A stretch of 64,000 nucleotides of DNA from Candidatus Acidiferrales bacterium. Lineage in GTDB: Bacteria > Acidobacteriota > Terriglobia > Acidiferrales > UBA7541. Under the pieces are notes generated by a model. That model saw nothing but the letters and a program-made list of their open reading frames with translations, searched no databases and had not been told where the DNA came from. The position numbers were made by a program, and so were the translations under genes. Every line of letters starts with the position of its first letter. The stretch's first letter is position 1. This document shows positions 1-8,945 of the stretch, piece by piece. The stretch is taken from contig JBOGNK010000175.1 of the NCBI GenBank assembly GCA_050747085.1, positions 1,229-65,228 of the forward strand. Direction: 5' to 3'.

Positions 1-614
1 ACTGTTCCGTCATCATTATGATGCTGCGTAACCATTCGAACGAGAAAGCCGGTTTGCGCGTCGAAGTATGCGCGGTCGGGCTTCTCACCGTCGGGCGGCG
101 TTGCATCGATCACATACACGGACTGGTTGTCGATCGCCGTCGCAATGGGCACTGCAATCCTGGGGTAAAGTTTCCGGAAGTCCAGCGGAAAACGAAAATC
201 CGATGCGCGCCGCGTTTCAGCCACTTGCGCACCCGTTTGCTCGCGCACTCCTTGCTTCGGATCGCTGGACCAGCCAACTTTCCCGTCAAACCCTTCCAGA
301 AACGTCGAGTCGGAGACGGTGATTTTGACGAGAGCTCGATCGGGCGCGCCTTCAAACATCTCCGCCGTACCGATGAGGTTCATCGAAGGAATAATGACGT
401 TGCCTTGCGAGATGCGCGAATAGAGCTTTGCCCAAGCCTTGCCGCCGCCTGTTGCGTCGAGATATTTATTCAAAACTTCATTCGCGGCGGGAATCGCAGC
501 GACGGCAGATCGATGCGCATGCGCGTTGCCGGAAACAGGCCTCGTCGCCGGCCGGCCGAACGAGCTAACGGACAGGGCAAGTGACAGCAAGACAACCGCG
601 CTGAAAATCCGCAT
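1..614 (-). CDS. Secreted hypothetical protein; C-terminus cut by the left window edge (absent from the ORF track because it has no stop in the window)
   Basis: ATG at 614-612. Hand translation gives MRIFSAVVLLSLALSVSSFGRPA..., a signal-peptide-like N-terminus. I checked every codon of this minus frame down to nt 3 and found no stop. The plus-strand ORFs 18-584 and 68-322 are Arg-rich shadows. Confidence 0.55.
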   Translation of the reverse strand, partial: MRIFSAVVLLSLALSVSSFGRPATRPVSGNAHAHRSAVAAIPAANEVLNKYLDATGGGKAWAKLYSRISQGNVIIPSMNLIGTAEMFEGAPDRALVKITVSDSTFLEGFDGKVGWSSDPKQGVREQTGAQVAETRRASDFRFPLDFRKLYPRIAVPIATAIDNQSVYVIDATPPDGEKPDRAYFDAQTGFLVRMVTQHHNDDGT

Positions 615-828
615 CGCGTATTTTGCTGTCGAGTTCAAAGCGGGTTCCGTTTCAATTGCTGGACGCCGTGTTTCAGTTAGGACGCGCCTTTCGCGCGCAT
701 CGTTGCCTGCGCGCGGTTGTCTGGACACGTCGATTTGCTTTTTTCCGCGAGACGGCCAATCATGGGCGATTGCGGCCGGCGATTCACTCGGGACGATCGG
801 TACCGCCGACGGTTGAAATACCTAACTT

Positions 829-1938
829 ATGGCACTGTCGTCGACAAAGCGGGCGTTGATTGTAGTTGCTGTTCTGGTGTGCATCGTCGCGGCGGGCAGC
901 GCAATCTACCTTTATCGCGCGAGCCGTCCCTTGCCTGCAGCCTCGGTGAGCAAAGGCCCCGCTCCAACAATATTGGAGTTGCTGCCGGCGCAGGCTCCGG
1001 CAATCGCATATATAGATGTGGCAGCGCTGCGAAAGCTTCCGAACTCACCGCTGACAGGGCTTCTTGGACTTACGGAAACCGCGACTCCGGCGGCTCATAA
1101 AGAGGGCATCGATCGGGATTATGCGCAATTCGTCCGCGATACGGGATTTGATTACAGCCGCGACCTGGATCGGGCGGCTATCGCATTCTGGCCACATGAG
1201 TTAACCCCTGCCGCGAACGATGCGGGCGCCAACCCTTCGCTCGCAATTGCGGATGGCCGATTCGACCAGCGAAAGATCGTTGCGTATGCGCTGCGGGTCG
1301 GCGGGCGATCCGAAACCCTCGGCACGAGGAAACGATACATTGTCCCGGGAAAACCGGATGTTGCCTTCGAATTTCTCTCGCCAACGCGCATCGTCATTGC
1401 GAGTGGAAATCATGCGGCCGACTTACTGAATCTGCCGGGGACCGCCAAGGCTGGCTCCGACTCGGCCATACGGGCGCGCGTGCAGCGCGTGGCGGGCGCG
1501 CCAATTTTCGGCGTCGCGAGCACGAGCCAACTGCCCGCGGATTTTTACGATGGCTTCAAAAGCGCGCCGCAACTTGAAAGTATCGTCCGCAACATTCAGT
1601 CGCTGTCCCTTTCCGGCCAGCCGGACGGCGACGATATTCACCTCGCTCTTGACGCCGAGTGTAGCTCGATGACGAAAGCGATCGAGCTTTCGGCGCTTCT
1701 CGACACATTCCGCGTGTTCGGTTCGATGAGCCTTTCCGATCCCCAAACGCGGCAGCAAATGCAGATCACGCGGGAGCAAGCGGCGTTCGTCGAGGCACTG
1801 CTGAAGCAAGCCAAGTTGTCGCACCGGGAGCGCTGGGTGCGCATCAGCCTGAACGTCACGCCTGCAATGCTGGGTGAGTCGTCGCGCCAGCCTCGCATAC
1901 AAAAAAGGCACGGCGCTTCGTCTGAACATCCCCGCTAG
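829..1938 (+). CDS. Hypothetical membrane-anchored/secreted protein
   Basis: 369-aa ORF with an N-terminal hydrophobic anchor (ALIVVAVLVCIVAAGSAIYLY). No recognisable catalytic motif. Confidence 0.5.
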   Translation: MALSSTKRALIVVAVLVCIVAAGSAIYLYRASRPLPAASVSKGPAPTILELLPAQAPAIAYIDVAALRKLPNSPLTGLLGLTETATPAAHKEGIDRDYAQFVRDTGFDYSRDLDRAAIAFWPHELTPAANDAGANPSLAIADGRFDQRKIVAYALRVGGRSETLGTRKRYIVPGKPDVAFEFLSPTRIVIASGNHAADLLNLPGTAKAGSDSAIRARVQRVAGAPIFGVASTSQLPADFYDGFKSAPQLESIVRNIQSLSLSGQPDGDDIHLALDAECSSMTKAIELSALLDTFRVFGSMSLSDPQTRQQMQITREQAAFVEALLKQAKLSHRERWVRISLNVTPAMLGESSRQPRIQKRHGASSEHPR

Positions 1939-1981
1939 TACTTCAACGCGTGCAGCTCGCCGACCGCTGTTCCGTCATTCC

Positions 1982-2031
1982 CTGTTGACAATCAACAGAA
2001 GCAGGCGCACTGTCCTGTTGACACTCAACAG
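1982..2031 (+). promoter_or_regulatory. Two copies of the palindrome CTGTTGA-N3-TCAACAG (1982-1998 and 2015-2031), candidate PadR operator pair
   Basis: Both arms are perfect reverse complements. The copies are 33 bp apart centre to centre. Each embeds TTGACA (1985-1990, 2018-2023). The second abuts GGAGGA (2031-2036) upstream of the padR ATG at 2049. Confidence 0.5.
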
Positions 2032-2048
2032 GAGGATTGCCACAAAAG

Positions 2049-2399
2049 ATGATTACCGCAAGCAAAGCGGAAGTCTTGCAGGGAACGCTGGACCTGCTTG
2101 TGCTGAAAACGCTCGACATGCTTGGGCCGCTCCACGGTTTCGGCATTGCGCGGCGCATTCAGCAAGTGTCTGAAGACATGCTGCGGCTCAATCAAGGGAC
2201 GCTCTACCCGGCGCTCGTTCGGCTGGAACAGCGCGGCTGGATCCGGTCGAAATGGGGCGTTTCGGAGAACAATCGTCGGGCGCGGTTCTATTCGCTGACG
2301 AAACCGGGGAAAAGACAGCTCGAAGTCGAGGCGGAGAATTGGGAGCGCATGGCGTCGCTGATCGGACGGATGCTGCGAGGCGCGGAAAACATCGGGTAG
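2049..2399 (+). CDS. padR: PadR-family transcriptional regulator (acidobacterial type)
   Basis: MITASKAEVLQGTLDLLVLKTL...GFGIARRIQQ...GTLYPALVRLEQRGWI is a winged-helix PadR signature. The track starts at TTG 2037; I prefer ATG 2049 behind GGAGGA. It lies directly upstream of ADOP permeases, as is typical for this family. Confidence 0.9.
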   Translation: MITASKAEVLQGTLDLLVLKTLDMLGPLHGFGIARRIQQVSEDMLRLNQGTLYPALVRLEQRGWIRSKWGVSENNRRARFYSLTKPGKRQLEVEAENWERMASLIGRMLRGAENIG

Positions 2400-2490
2400 A
2401 TCGGCTGACCTGTTTCGACTGGAAAAAGCAAGTGGCGATCGTGGGCAGCGGATCTGCGGAGGAAACTGCGGGGCTATTCGCGGCGCAACG

Positions 2491-5193
2491 GTGAATGAGA
2501 TGAACTGGGTGAAAAGCATAGCTATGCGAGTATTGGGCCTATTTGCGGCGCGCCGTAGAAGGCGCGAACTGGACGAGGAGCTGCGCGAGCATCTCGAAAT
2601 GCTCGTGGAGGAAAACATGCAGCGCGGAATGAGCGCCAAGTACGCTCACCGCGTGGCGCAGCAACAGCTTGGCGGCCGGGAGCAAATCAAGGAAGCCGTT
2701 CACGATCAACGCGGGCTTCCGTTGCTGGAATCGATCGTTGCTGATATTCGCTACGCCGTGCGAATGCTGCGGAAGTCGCCGGGATTCACAATCGTCGCCG
2801 TGCTGACGCTCGCGCTCGGGATCGGCGCGAACACAGCGATTTTCTCGGTTGTCAACGGCGTGCTTTTGAATCCCCTGCCCTATCCCGATCCCGGCCGCAT
2901 AGTGGCCGTTGATGCGAGCAAGCCAACTTTCCGGCATGGCTCGATCTCCTATCCCAATTTTCTCGATTGGCACCGGTTGAACCAATGTTTTTCATTTTTC
3001 GCCGTTTCGCGCACGACAGGGTATCTGCTGACCGGAGTGGGCAAACCGGAGGAGCTGAATGCTGCGGCGATCACGTCGGATTTTTTTTCGGTGCTTGGAA
3101 TCAAGCCGGTGCTTGGGCGCAATTTCCCACAACGAGACGATCAAATCGGCATTTCGCACGACGTGGTGATCAGCGCGGACCTGTGGCAGCGAAAATTCGG
3201 AGGTTCGTCGACGGTGATTGGAAAGGAGATTTCACTGGACGGGCAGGGCTACACGATCGTCGGTGTTTTTCCAGGCCACCTCGATTTGTCCCTGCGGTAC
3301 TTCGAATCGGTGGATGTTTACACGCCGCTGGGACAATTTCCGAACCGGCTGGTTAGTAACCGGCTCGCGGGCCTGGGAATTCATGGGATCGCGCGGCTGA
3401 AACCGGGAGTGACGCTCGACCAGGCGCGAGCAGACATGGCGCGGGTGACCGGCGAGCTGGCGAAAACCTATCCAGAAGCGGACGAGGACATGGGAGCCGC
3501 GCTCACTCCGATGAAGGAGACAATGGTCGGTCGGGTGCGCGATTTTTTGCTGTTGCTGCTGGGAGCCGTGGGACTCGTCCTGCTGATCGCATGCGTGAAT
3601 GTTGCCAACCTGCTGCTCGCTCGCGGGAGAGTACGTGCGCGCGAGGTCGCGGTGCGGTCGGCTTTGGGCGCCGGAATTGGCAGGCTGGTGCGCCAGATGC
3701 TGACGGAAAGCATGCTGCTTGCAGGAATCGGCGGTGCTTTGGGTGTGGCAATAGCAGCGGCGGGTACGCGAGCAGCCCTTGCAGCGCTGCCTGCCACCCT
3801 GCCGCGAGCGAGCGAAGTGGGAATCGACGCTCGAGTGTTGTGGTTCAGCGCGCTGATAACGGTATGCGCGGGGATCTTTTTCGGCTTGCTACCGGCAATT
3901 CAGATCGCGCGGCGGGGCTCGTACGAAACTCTGAAACAAGGCATTCGCGGCGGAGGCGGCTCGCGAAACCGCGCGCAAGGAGCGCTGGTAACGGTTCAGA
4001 TGGCGCTGGCGCTCGTTCTGCTGGTGGGAGCGGGGTTGCTGATCCGAAGTCTGGCGCAACTGTGGAATGTGAACCCGGGATTCGATCCGAACCACATCGT
4101 CACGTTCAATCTTGCGATGGCGCCGCAAATGTCGCACGCGCCGCCTGCGGAAATTCGGCAGGCGCTTCGCAATTTCGACGCGACTGTGGCCGCCGTGCCC
4201 GGTGTTCAAGCAGAGGCGCTGAGCTGGGGCGCGCTTCCGATGACGAACGAGGACGATGAAAATTTTTGGATTTGCAGTCAACCGCGCCCCGCGAGTGAAA
4301 GCCAGATGTACGGAATGCTGGACTACATCGTCGGACCGGACTATCTGAAAGCGATGCGCATCCCCCTGGTTGCAGGCCGATTCTTCACCGCGGCGGACAG
4401 CGAGCATTCGAGGTATGTCGTCGTAGTCGACGAGGTGCTCGCGCGGAAATACTTCCCGAATGGGAACGCCGTCGGTCAATCGATCTGCCAAGGGGACGCG
4501 ACACATACGTTTCCATTCGAGATTGTCGGCGTGGTGGGTCACGTAAAACAATGGGGACTCGACACGGACGCGCAGGGTCCCGTGCGGGCGCAAGTGTATT
4601 TTCCCTTCATGCAGATGCCCGACGCCGTGATGTCGCTCGTGCCGTCGAACACAAGCGTTGTGGTGCGCTCGTCGGGAGACGTGATCGGGTTAGTGGAGTC
4701 GATTCGCAACGCGAGCGACCGGCTGGACAGCAACGAGGTTCTGACCAGCTTCGCAACGATGCATGAAATCATCCAGGGGTCACTGGCTTCGAGGCGTTTT
4801 GCCATGATGCTGCTTGGCGCGTTTGCGGCGCTGGCGCTTCTGCTGGCGGTAATCGGACTGTATGGAGTGATCTCCTATGGCGTGGGTCAGCGAACACACG
4901 AGATGGGCGTTCGCCTCGCTTTGGGCGCCCATCCGCGAGACGTGTTCCGGCTGGTAATCGGGCAGGGGCTGAAATTCGCTCTCGCCGGCATTGGCATTGG
5001 CGCGATTGCTGCGTTTGGGCTGGTACGTGTGGTGTCCAGCTTCTCGGAATTACTGTACGGAGTTCGTGCGTCGGATCCGCTGACACTTACGGCAGTTTCC
5101 CTCGTGCTTATCGGCGCCGCACTGCTGGCGTGCTACGTGCCCGCGAGGAAGGCGATGCGAGTGGATCCGTTGACAGCACTGAGGTACGAGTAG
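2491..5193 (+). CDS. ADOP-family (MacB-like, FtsX domain) ABC-type permease with N-terminal permease-prefix domain
   Basis: 900 aa. SPGFTIVAVLTLALGIGANTAIFSVV first TM, large periplasmic domains, duplicated FtsX-type 4-TM modules, C-terminal VDPLTALRYE. Exact start uncertain (GTG 2491, ATG 2500 or ATG 2524). Confidence 0.9.
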   Translation: MNEMNWVKSIAMRVLGLFAARRRRRELDEELREHLEMLVEENMQRGMSAKYAHRVAQQQLGGREQIKEAVHDQRGLPLLESIVADIRYAVRMLRKSPGFTIVAVLTLALGIGANTAIFSVVNGVLLNPLPYPDPGRIVAVDASKPTFRHGSISYPNFLDWHRLNQCFSFFAVSRTTGYLLTGVGKPEELNAAAITSDFFSVLGIKPVLGRNFPQRDDQIGISHDVVISADLWQRKFGGSSTVIGKEISLDGQGYTIVGVFPGHLDLSLRYFESVDVYTPLGQFPNRLVSNRLAGLGIHGIARLKPGVTLDQARADMARVTGELAKTYPEADEDMGAALTPMKETMVGRVRDFLLLLLGAVGLVLLIACVNVANLLLARGRVRAREVAVRSALGAGIGRLVRQMLTESMLLAGIGGALGVAIAAAGTRAALAALPATLPRASEVGIDARVLWFSALITVCAGIFFGLLPAIQIARRGSYETLKQGIRGGGGSRNRAQGALVTVQMALALVLLVGAGLLIRSLAQLWNVNPGFDPNHIVTFNLAMAPQMSHAPPAEIRQALRNFDATVAAVPGVQAEALSWGALPMTNEDDENFWICSQPRPASESQMYGMLDYIVGPDYLKAMRIPLVAGRFFTAADSEHSRYVVVVDEVLARKYFPNGNAVGQSICQGDATHTFPFEIVGVVGHVKQWGLDTDAQGPVRAQVYFPFMQMPDAVMSLVPSNTSVVVRSSGDVIGLVESIRNASDRLDSNEVLTSFATMHEIIQGSLASRRFAMMLLGAFAALALLLAVIGLYGVISYGVGQRTHEMGVRLALGAHPRDVFRLVIGQGLKFALAGIGIGAIAAFGLVRVVSSFSELLYGVRASDPLTLTAVSLVLIGAALLACYVPARKAMRVDPLTALRYE

Positions 5194-5210
5194 CAGAGAA
5201 GTTCTGGAAA

Positions 5211-7922
5211 ATGAGTATGCTGACGATGCTACTGGCGAAGGTGCGCGCCATGTTCGGGAAACGGCACGATGAGCGCGAGCTGGACGACGAACTGCGAGCG
5301 CACTTCGAGATGCTCGTCGAGCAGAACGTGCAGCGCGGGATGTCGTTTGATGACGCACGCCGGGGGGCGCGGCTGGAACTTGGCGGCGCGCCACAGATCA
5401 AGGAAGCCGTACACGATCAGCGTGGCGTTCCCTTTCTCGAATCGATCTTTGCTGATATTCGCTACGCGGGCCGTATGCTGCGCAGGTCGCCGGGATTCAC
5501 GACGGTCGCAGTCCTGACTCTTGCACTCGGTATAGGCGCAAATACTGCGATTTTCAGTCTGATCGATGCCGTGATGTTGCGCTACTTGCCTGTGCGACAG
5601 CCGGAGCAGCTCGTGCAGGTCGCCATGTTAACGCCGCGCTTCAGCAACGGTCACCGGACATCCTTTACAAATCCTCTGTGGGAGGCTCTGCGCAATAATC
5701 AGGACGTCTTCTCAGGCGTCTTCGCCTGGGGCGAGAGCCAATTCAACCTGGCACAAGGCGGTGTCGAGCAGGACGCGCGAGGGATTTTTGTCAGTGGCGA
5801 CTACTTCGGGACTCTAGGTGTCAGGCCTGCCGCCGGGCGCCTGTTAAGCGTGAATGACGACAAGCGCGGCTGTGCGGGAACCGCAGTCCTGAGCTACGGT
5901 TTCTGGCAAGCGCATTTCGGCGGGACACCGAAAGTCATTGGCAGCATGCTTCCAATCGCGGGACATCCGTTTCGGATTATCGGGGTATCGGATCCACGAT
6001 TCTTCGGCACGCAAGTTGGGAGCTCGTTCGACGTTGCTGTCCCGATCTGCTCGGAACTCATTCTCAGCGGAAAAGATTCGTCACTCGGTAACCGATCAAG
6101 CTGGTGGTTCCATGTAATCGGCCGGCCGAAGCCCGTTCTGACTACCGATCAAGTCTTGGCTCGTCTCTCGGTGCTTTCTCCGCGGATTTTTGCCGCAACG
6201 GTCCCCTCGAACTGGAATCCTGCGCAAAAAGCAAGCTACATGAATTGGAAATTCGTAACGGCCCCAGCGGCCACCGGCAATTCATCTGTGCGCTCCGGGT
6301 TTGACACGCCGCTCAAAATGCTGATGGCGATCGCGGGACTCGTACTTCTTATCGCGTGCGCGAACATTGCAAGCTTAATGCTGGCCCGGGCAGCTTCGCG
6401 CAGACGGGAAATCGCGGTTCGATTTGCGCTGGGAGCCTCTCGCGTAAGGATTGTTCGCCAACTGCTCACCGAATGCATCGTTTTATCAGTTACGGGCGCA
6501 GCTATCGGAATCATGGTTGCACATTGGAGCGGAGAACTGCTGGTTCGTTATATCTCCACCGAGCACACCAAGATCTATTTGGATCTCACACTGGACGGCC
6601 GCATTCTGGCGTTTACCGGCGCCGTCGCCATTGTCACAGGGCTGCTCTTCGGCGTCCTGCCGGCGCTGCGCTCGACACGACTGTCGTTGGCTGGATCAAT
6701 GAAGGGTGCAGCGATTGAAACGACGTCTAGAGATATGCGGTTTCATTCCGGGTATTGGACGGTGGCCGTTCAGGTCGCTTTGTCTCTCGTACTCGTCATC
6801 ACCGCGGCTCTCTTCATTCGTAGCTTCGCAAAACTGGCAACACTGGATGCCGGCTTCGACCACAACGACGTACTCGTCGCCAATGTTGACACTCATGACG
6901 CGAAATTGTCTCCGCAAGCGAGCGCTTCGTTTTCGGATCAGCTTCTTGTGAGGATTCGCGCTCTTCCCGAGGTGGTCAGCGCAAGCCGATCTGTCGTCAC
7001 GCCGATGAGCAATTCGCAGTGGGATGACTTCATTGTGGTTGAAGGTAAGAATACACCGACGGGCGACGATTCCGATGTCTACATGAACTACGTCACTCCA
7101 GGATACTTTCAAACACTGCGCACTCCACTACTCGAGGGGCGCGATTTCAACGAGCGCGATGCGGATAACACTTTTCGCGCGGTCATAATCAACCAGGCAC
7201 TCGCGCGCAGGTTCTTTCCGGGTGTGGATCCGATCGGCAAAACGATCCGGCGCTACGCCACGTCCACAACTCTTTCAGATCCGATCGAAGTTGTGGGAAT
7301 CGTCGGGAATTCGAAGTATGACTCTTTGCGCGAGGATTTTCCGCCGATTGCGTACTTTCCACTGGCCGAAGTTCCTTTTCCAGTTGAGCGATCAAGCGTA
7401 CTGATACGCACGGCGACGCGACCGTCGGTTCTTGCGAGTAGTGTGGCCCCGATCGTCGTCACTCTAAATCCATCGGTGACGGTCGAGTTCAACACACTTG
7501 CTCAACAGGTGAACGACTCGATCGTCCAGGAACGCCTGCTCGCGAGTCTTTCCGGCTTCTTCGGCGCCCTTGCGCTGCTGATCGCGATGATCGGTCTCTA
7601 CGGTGTTCTGGCATATCTCGTTCTCCAGCGCCAAAAGGAAATCGGCATTCGTATGGCGTTGGGGGCACAACGCACCTCTGTCGTCTGGCTCGTCCTGAGG
7701 GATGTCGCATTAATGCTGGCGATTGGAATTGTTGCAGGCGTTGGCATTGCGTGGGGAACCGGTCGAATTATTCAAGGCCTGCTTTTTGGTTTGGAAGCGC
7801 ACAGCATCGGAACGATTGCTGTCAGCATCGCTTTGCTGGCCGCCGTCGCGTTCTTAGCGAGCTACTTACCCGCGCGAAGAGCCACGCGCGTGGATCCGAT
7901 GACGGCATTGAGGTACGAGTAA
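5211..7922 (+). CDS. ADOP-family MacB-like permease, tandem paralog
   Basis: Same architecture as the upstream gene, ending VDPMTALRYE. Start moved from 5130 to ATG 5211, which lies after the upstream stop at 5193. Confidence 0.9.
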   Translation: MSMLTMLLAKVRAMFGKRHDERELDDELRAHFEMLVEQNVQRGMSFDDARRGARLELGGAPQIKEAVHDQRGVPFLESIFADIRYAGRMLRRSPGFTTVAVLTLALGIGANTAIFSLIDAVMLRYLPVRQPEQLVQVAMLTPRFSNGHRTSFTNPLWEALRNNQDVFSGVFAWGESQFNLAQGGVEQDARGIFVSGDYFGTLGVRPAAGRLLSVNDDKRGCAGTAVLSYGFWQAHFGGTPKVIGSMLPIAGHPFRIIGVSDPRFFGTQVGSSFDVAVPICSELILSGKDSSLGNRSSWWFHVIGRPKPVLTTDQVLARLSVLSPRIFAATVPSNWNPAQKASYMNWKFVTAPAATGNSSVRSGFDTPLKMLMAIAGLVLLIACANIASLMLARAASRRREIAVRFALGASRVRIVRQLLTECIVLSVTGAAIGIMVAHWSGELLVRYISTEHTKIYLDLTLDGRILAFTGAVAIVTGLLFGVLPALRSTRLSLAGSMKGAAIETTSRDMRFHSGYWTVAVQVALSLVLVITAALFIRSFAKLATLDAGFDHNDVLVANVDTHDAKLSPQASASFSDQLLVRIRALPEVVSASRSVVTPMSNSQWDDFIVVEGKNTPTGDDSDVYMNYVTPGYFQTLRTPLLEGRDFNERDADNTFRAVIINQALARRFFPGVDPIGKTIRRYATSTTLSDPIEVVGIVGNSKYDSLREDFPPIAYFPLAEVPFPVERSSVLIRTATRPSVLASSVAPIVVTLNPSVTVEFNTLAQQVNDSIVQERLLASLSGFFGALALLIAMIGLYGVLAYLVLQRQKEIGIRMALGAQRTSVVWLVLRDVALMLAIGIVAGVGIAWGTGRIIQGLLFGLEAHSIGTIAVSIALLAAVAFLASYLPARRATRVDPMTALRYE

Positions 7923-7949
7923 TAAGGCGACGAAAGGTTTGCTAACAAT

Positions 7950-8945
7950 TCAGGACGACCAGCTCATTCCCCACGAATAGAAAGCGATCACTACAAGAAT
8001 GTCCAAAGGCAGCCCGAATATGATGTAGAGGACGGGCATGAATAGAATGGATTTTTGCAAAATCACGGCGTGCAGCAGCGCTTGCAGCGGAACGAACAGG
8101 CACAGGTGAATCATCGTCACAAACGTAAGGAGCACTTTGCGGAACAGGCCGAAGTCGAAGATGAAGTAGGTGAAGCCGAAGAGCGCCGGGATGAGCGAAA
8201 TCAGAACGATCCCGTAACCCACGAGACCCTCCAAATAGCCGCTGGACGTGTGTGGAAAAGCAGCGGGCGACCAAGCGAAGTACGCAAGAGCGGAGACCTG
8301 GACGCACAGCGCGGCGCGAATCAGATACGCAAAAGGAATCTTGTTGTTCTTCAGAAGAAAGCTCAATCCAAAGAGAAGCAAGACGGCAAGAGTGCTGGCC
8401 CACCAAAGTTCTGATGTAGGGGCAACGCTTTCCACGCGGGGGAAAGGAATGGAAAGATGGAAATACGCGGAGAAGCGGCGGTCCGTGATGCCGACAGCGG
8501 TGTTTAGCGCGAGTATTCGAGCGCCGCGCGTGAATACGATTCGCCAGAACCGGCAAACAAAAGGCAGCAGAAGCAGCCAGAGGACCGATAAGAAAGCGAC
8601 GAGTGCCGCAGAGATAAGGAGGTCAAATGGATTGAGCACAAATCTGGCGAGAGCTCGATGAGTGGCAATCAGCCCGCCGCGATGACCGCGAAAACGTCCG
8701 GGGTCGAGCCGTGGCTGCGGCTGGACCGAGACACGCGGCGCAGGCGGCTCAGAAGTCTTTGAAGAAACCAAGGCTTCCTCCGCCTCGGTGGTAATAGGGG
8801 CTGTGGTATATGTCAGCGATGAGGTTGAATCCCCAACTCCGCCCGACCCACTGCCGCCAAGTGAGGGTGGCGGTTTGACTTGGGAATCGCGTGAGGACTG
8901 ATGTGGCACCAACGACCTGATACGCCTCCTGTCCCGCTTCCGCAT
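7950..8945 (-). CDS. Polytopic inner-membrane protein of unknown function (last gene of the EPS operon); start uncertain
   Basis: About 7 hydrophobic segments from residue about 100 onward. The ATG at 8945 would overlap the upstream barrel gene by 197 nt. An in-frame GTG at 8639 sits just before the first TM. Confidence 0.5.
   Translation of the reverse strand: MRKRDRRRIRSLVPHQSSRDSQVKPPPSLGGSGSGGVGDSTSSLTYTTAPITTEAEEALVSSKTSEPPAPRVSVQPQPRLDPGRFRGHRGGLIATHRALARFVLNPFDLLISAALVAFLSVLWLLLLPFVCRFWRIVFTRGARILALNTAVGITDRRFSAYFHLSIPFPRVESVAPTSELWWASTLAVLLLFGLSFLLKNNKIPFAYLIRAALCVQVSALAYFAWSPAAFPHTSSGYLEGLVGYGIVLISLIPALFGFTYFIFDFGLFRKVLLTFVTMIHLCLFVPLQALLHAVILQKSILFMPVLYIIFGLPLDILVVIAFYSWGMSWSS

Noticed and set aside
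18-584. 188-aa plus-strand ORF at the left edge
   Set aside because: It is the shadow of the partial minus-strand secreted-protein gene (1-614), which has a proper signal peptide.
5130-5210. 27-codon N-terminal extension of the second ADOP ORF overlapping the first ADOP gene
   Set aside because: The extension overlaps the upstream coding region. The family-typical N-terminus begins at ATG 5211.
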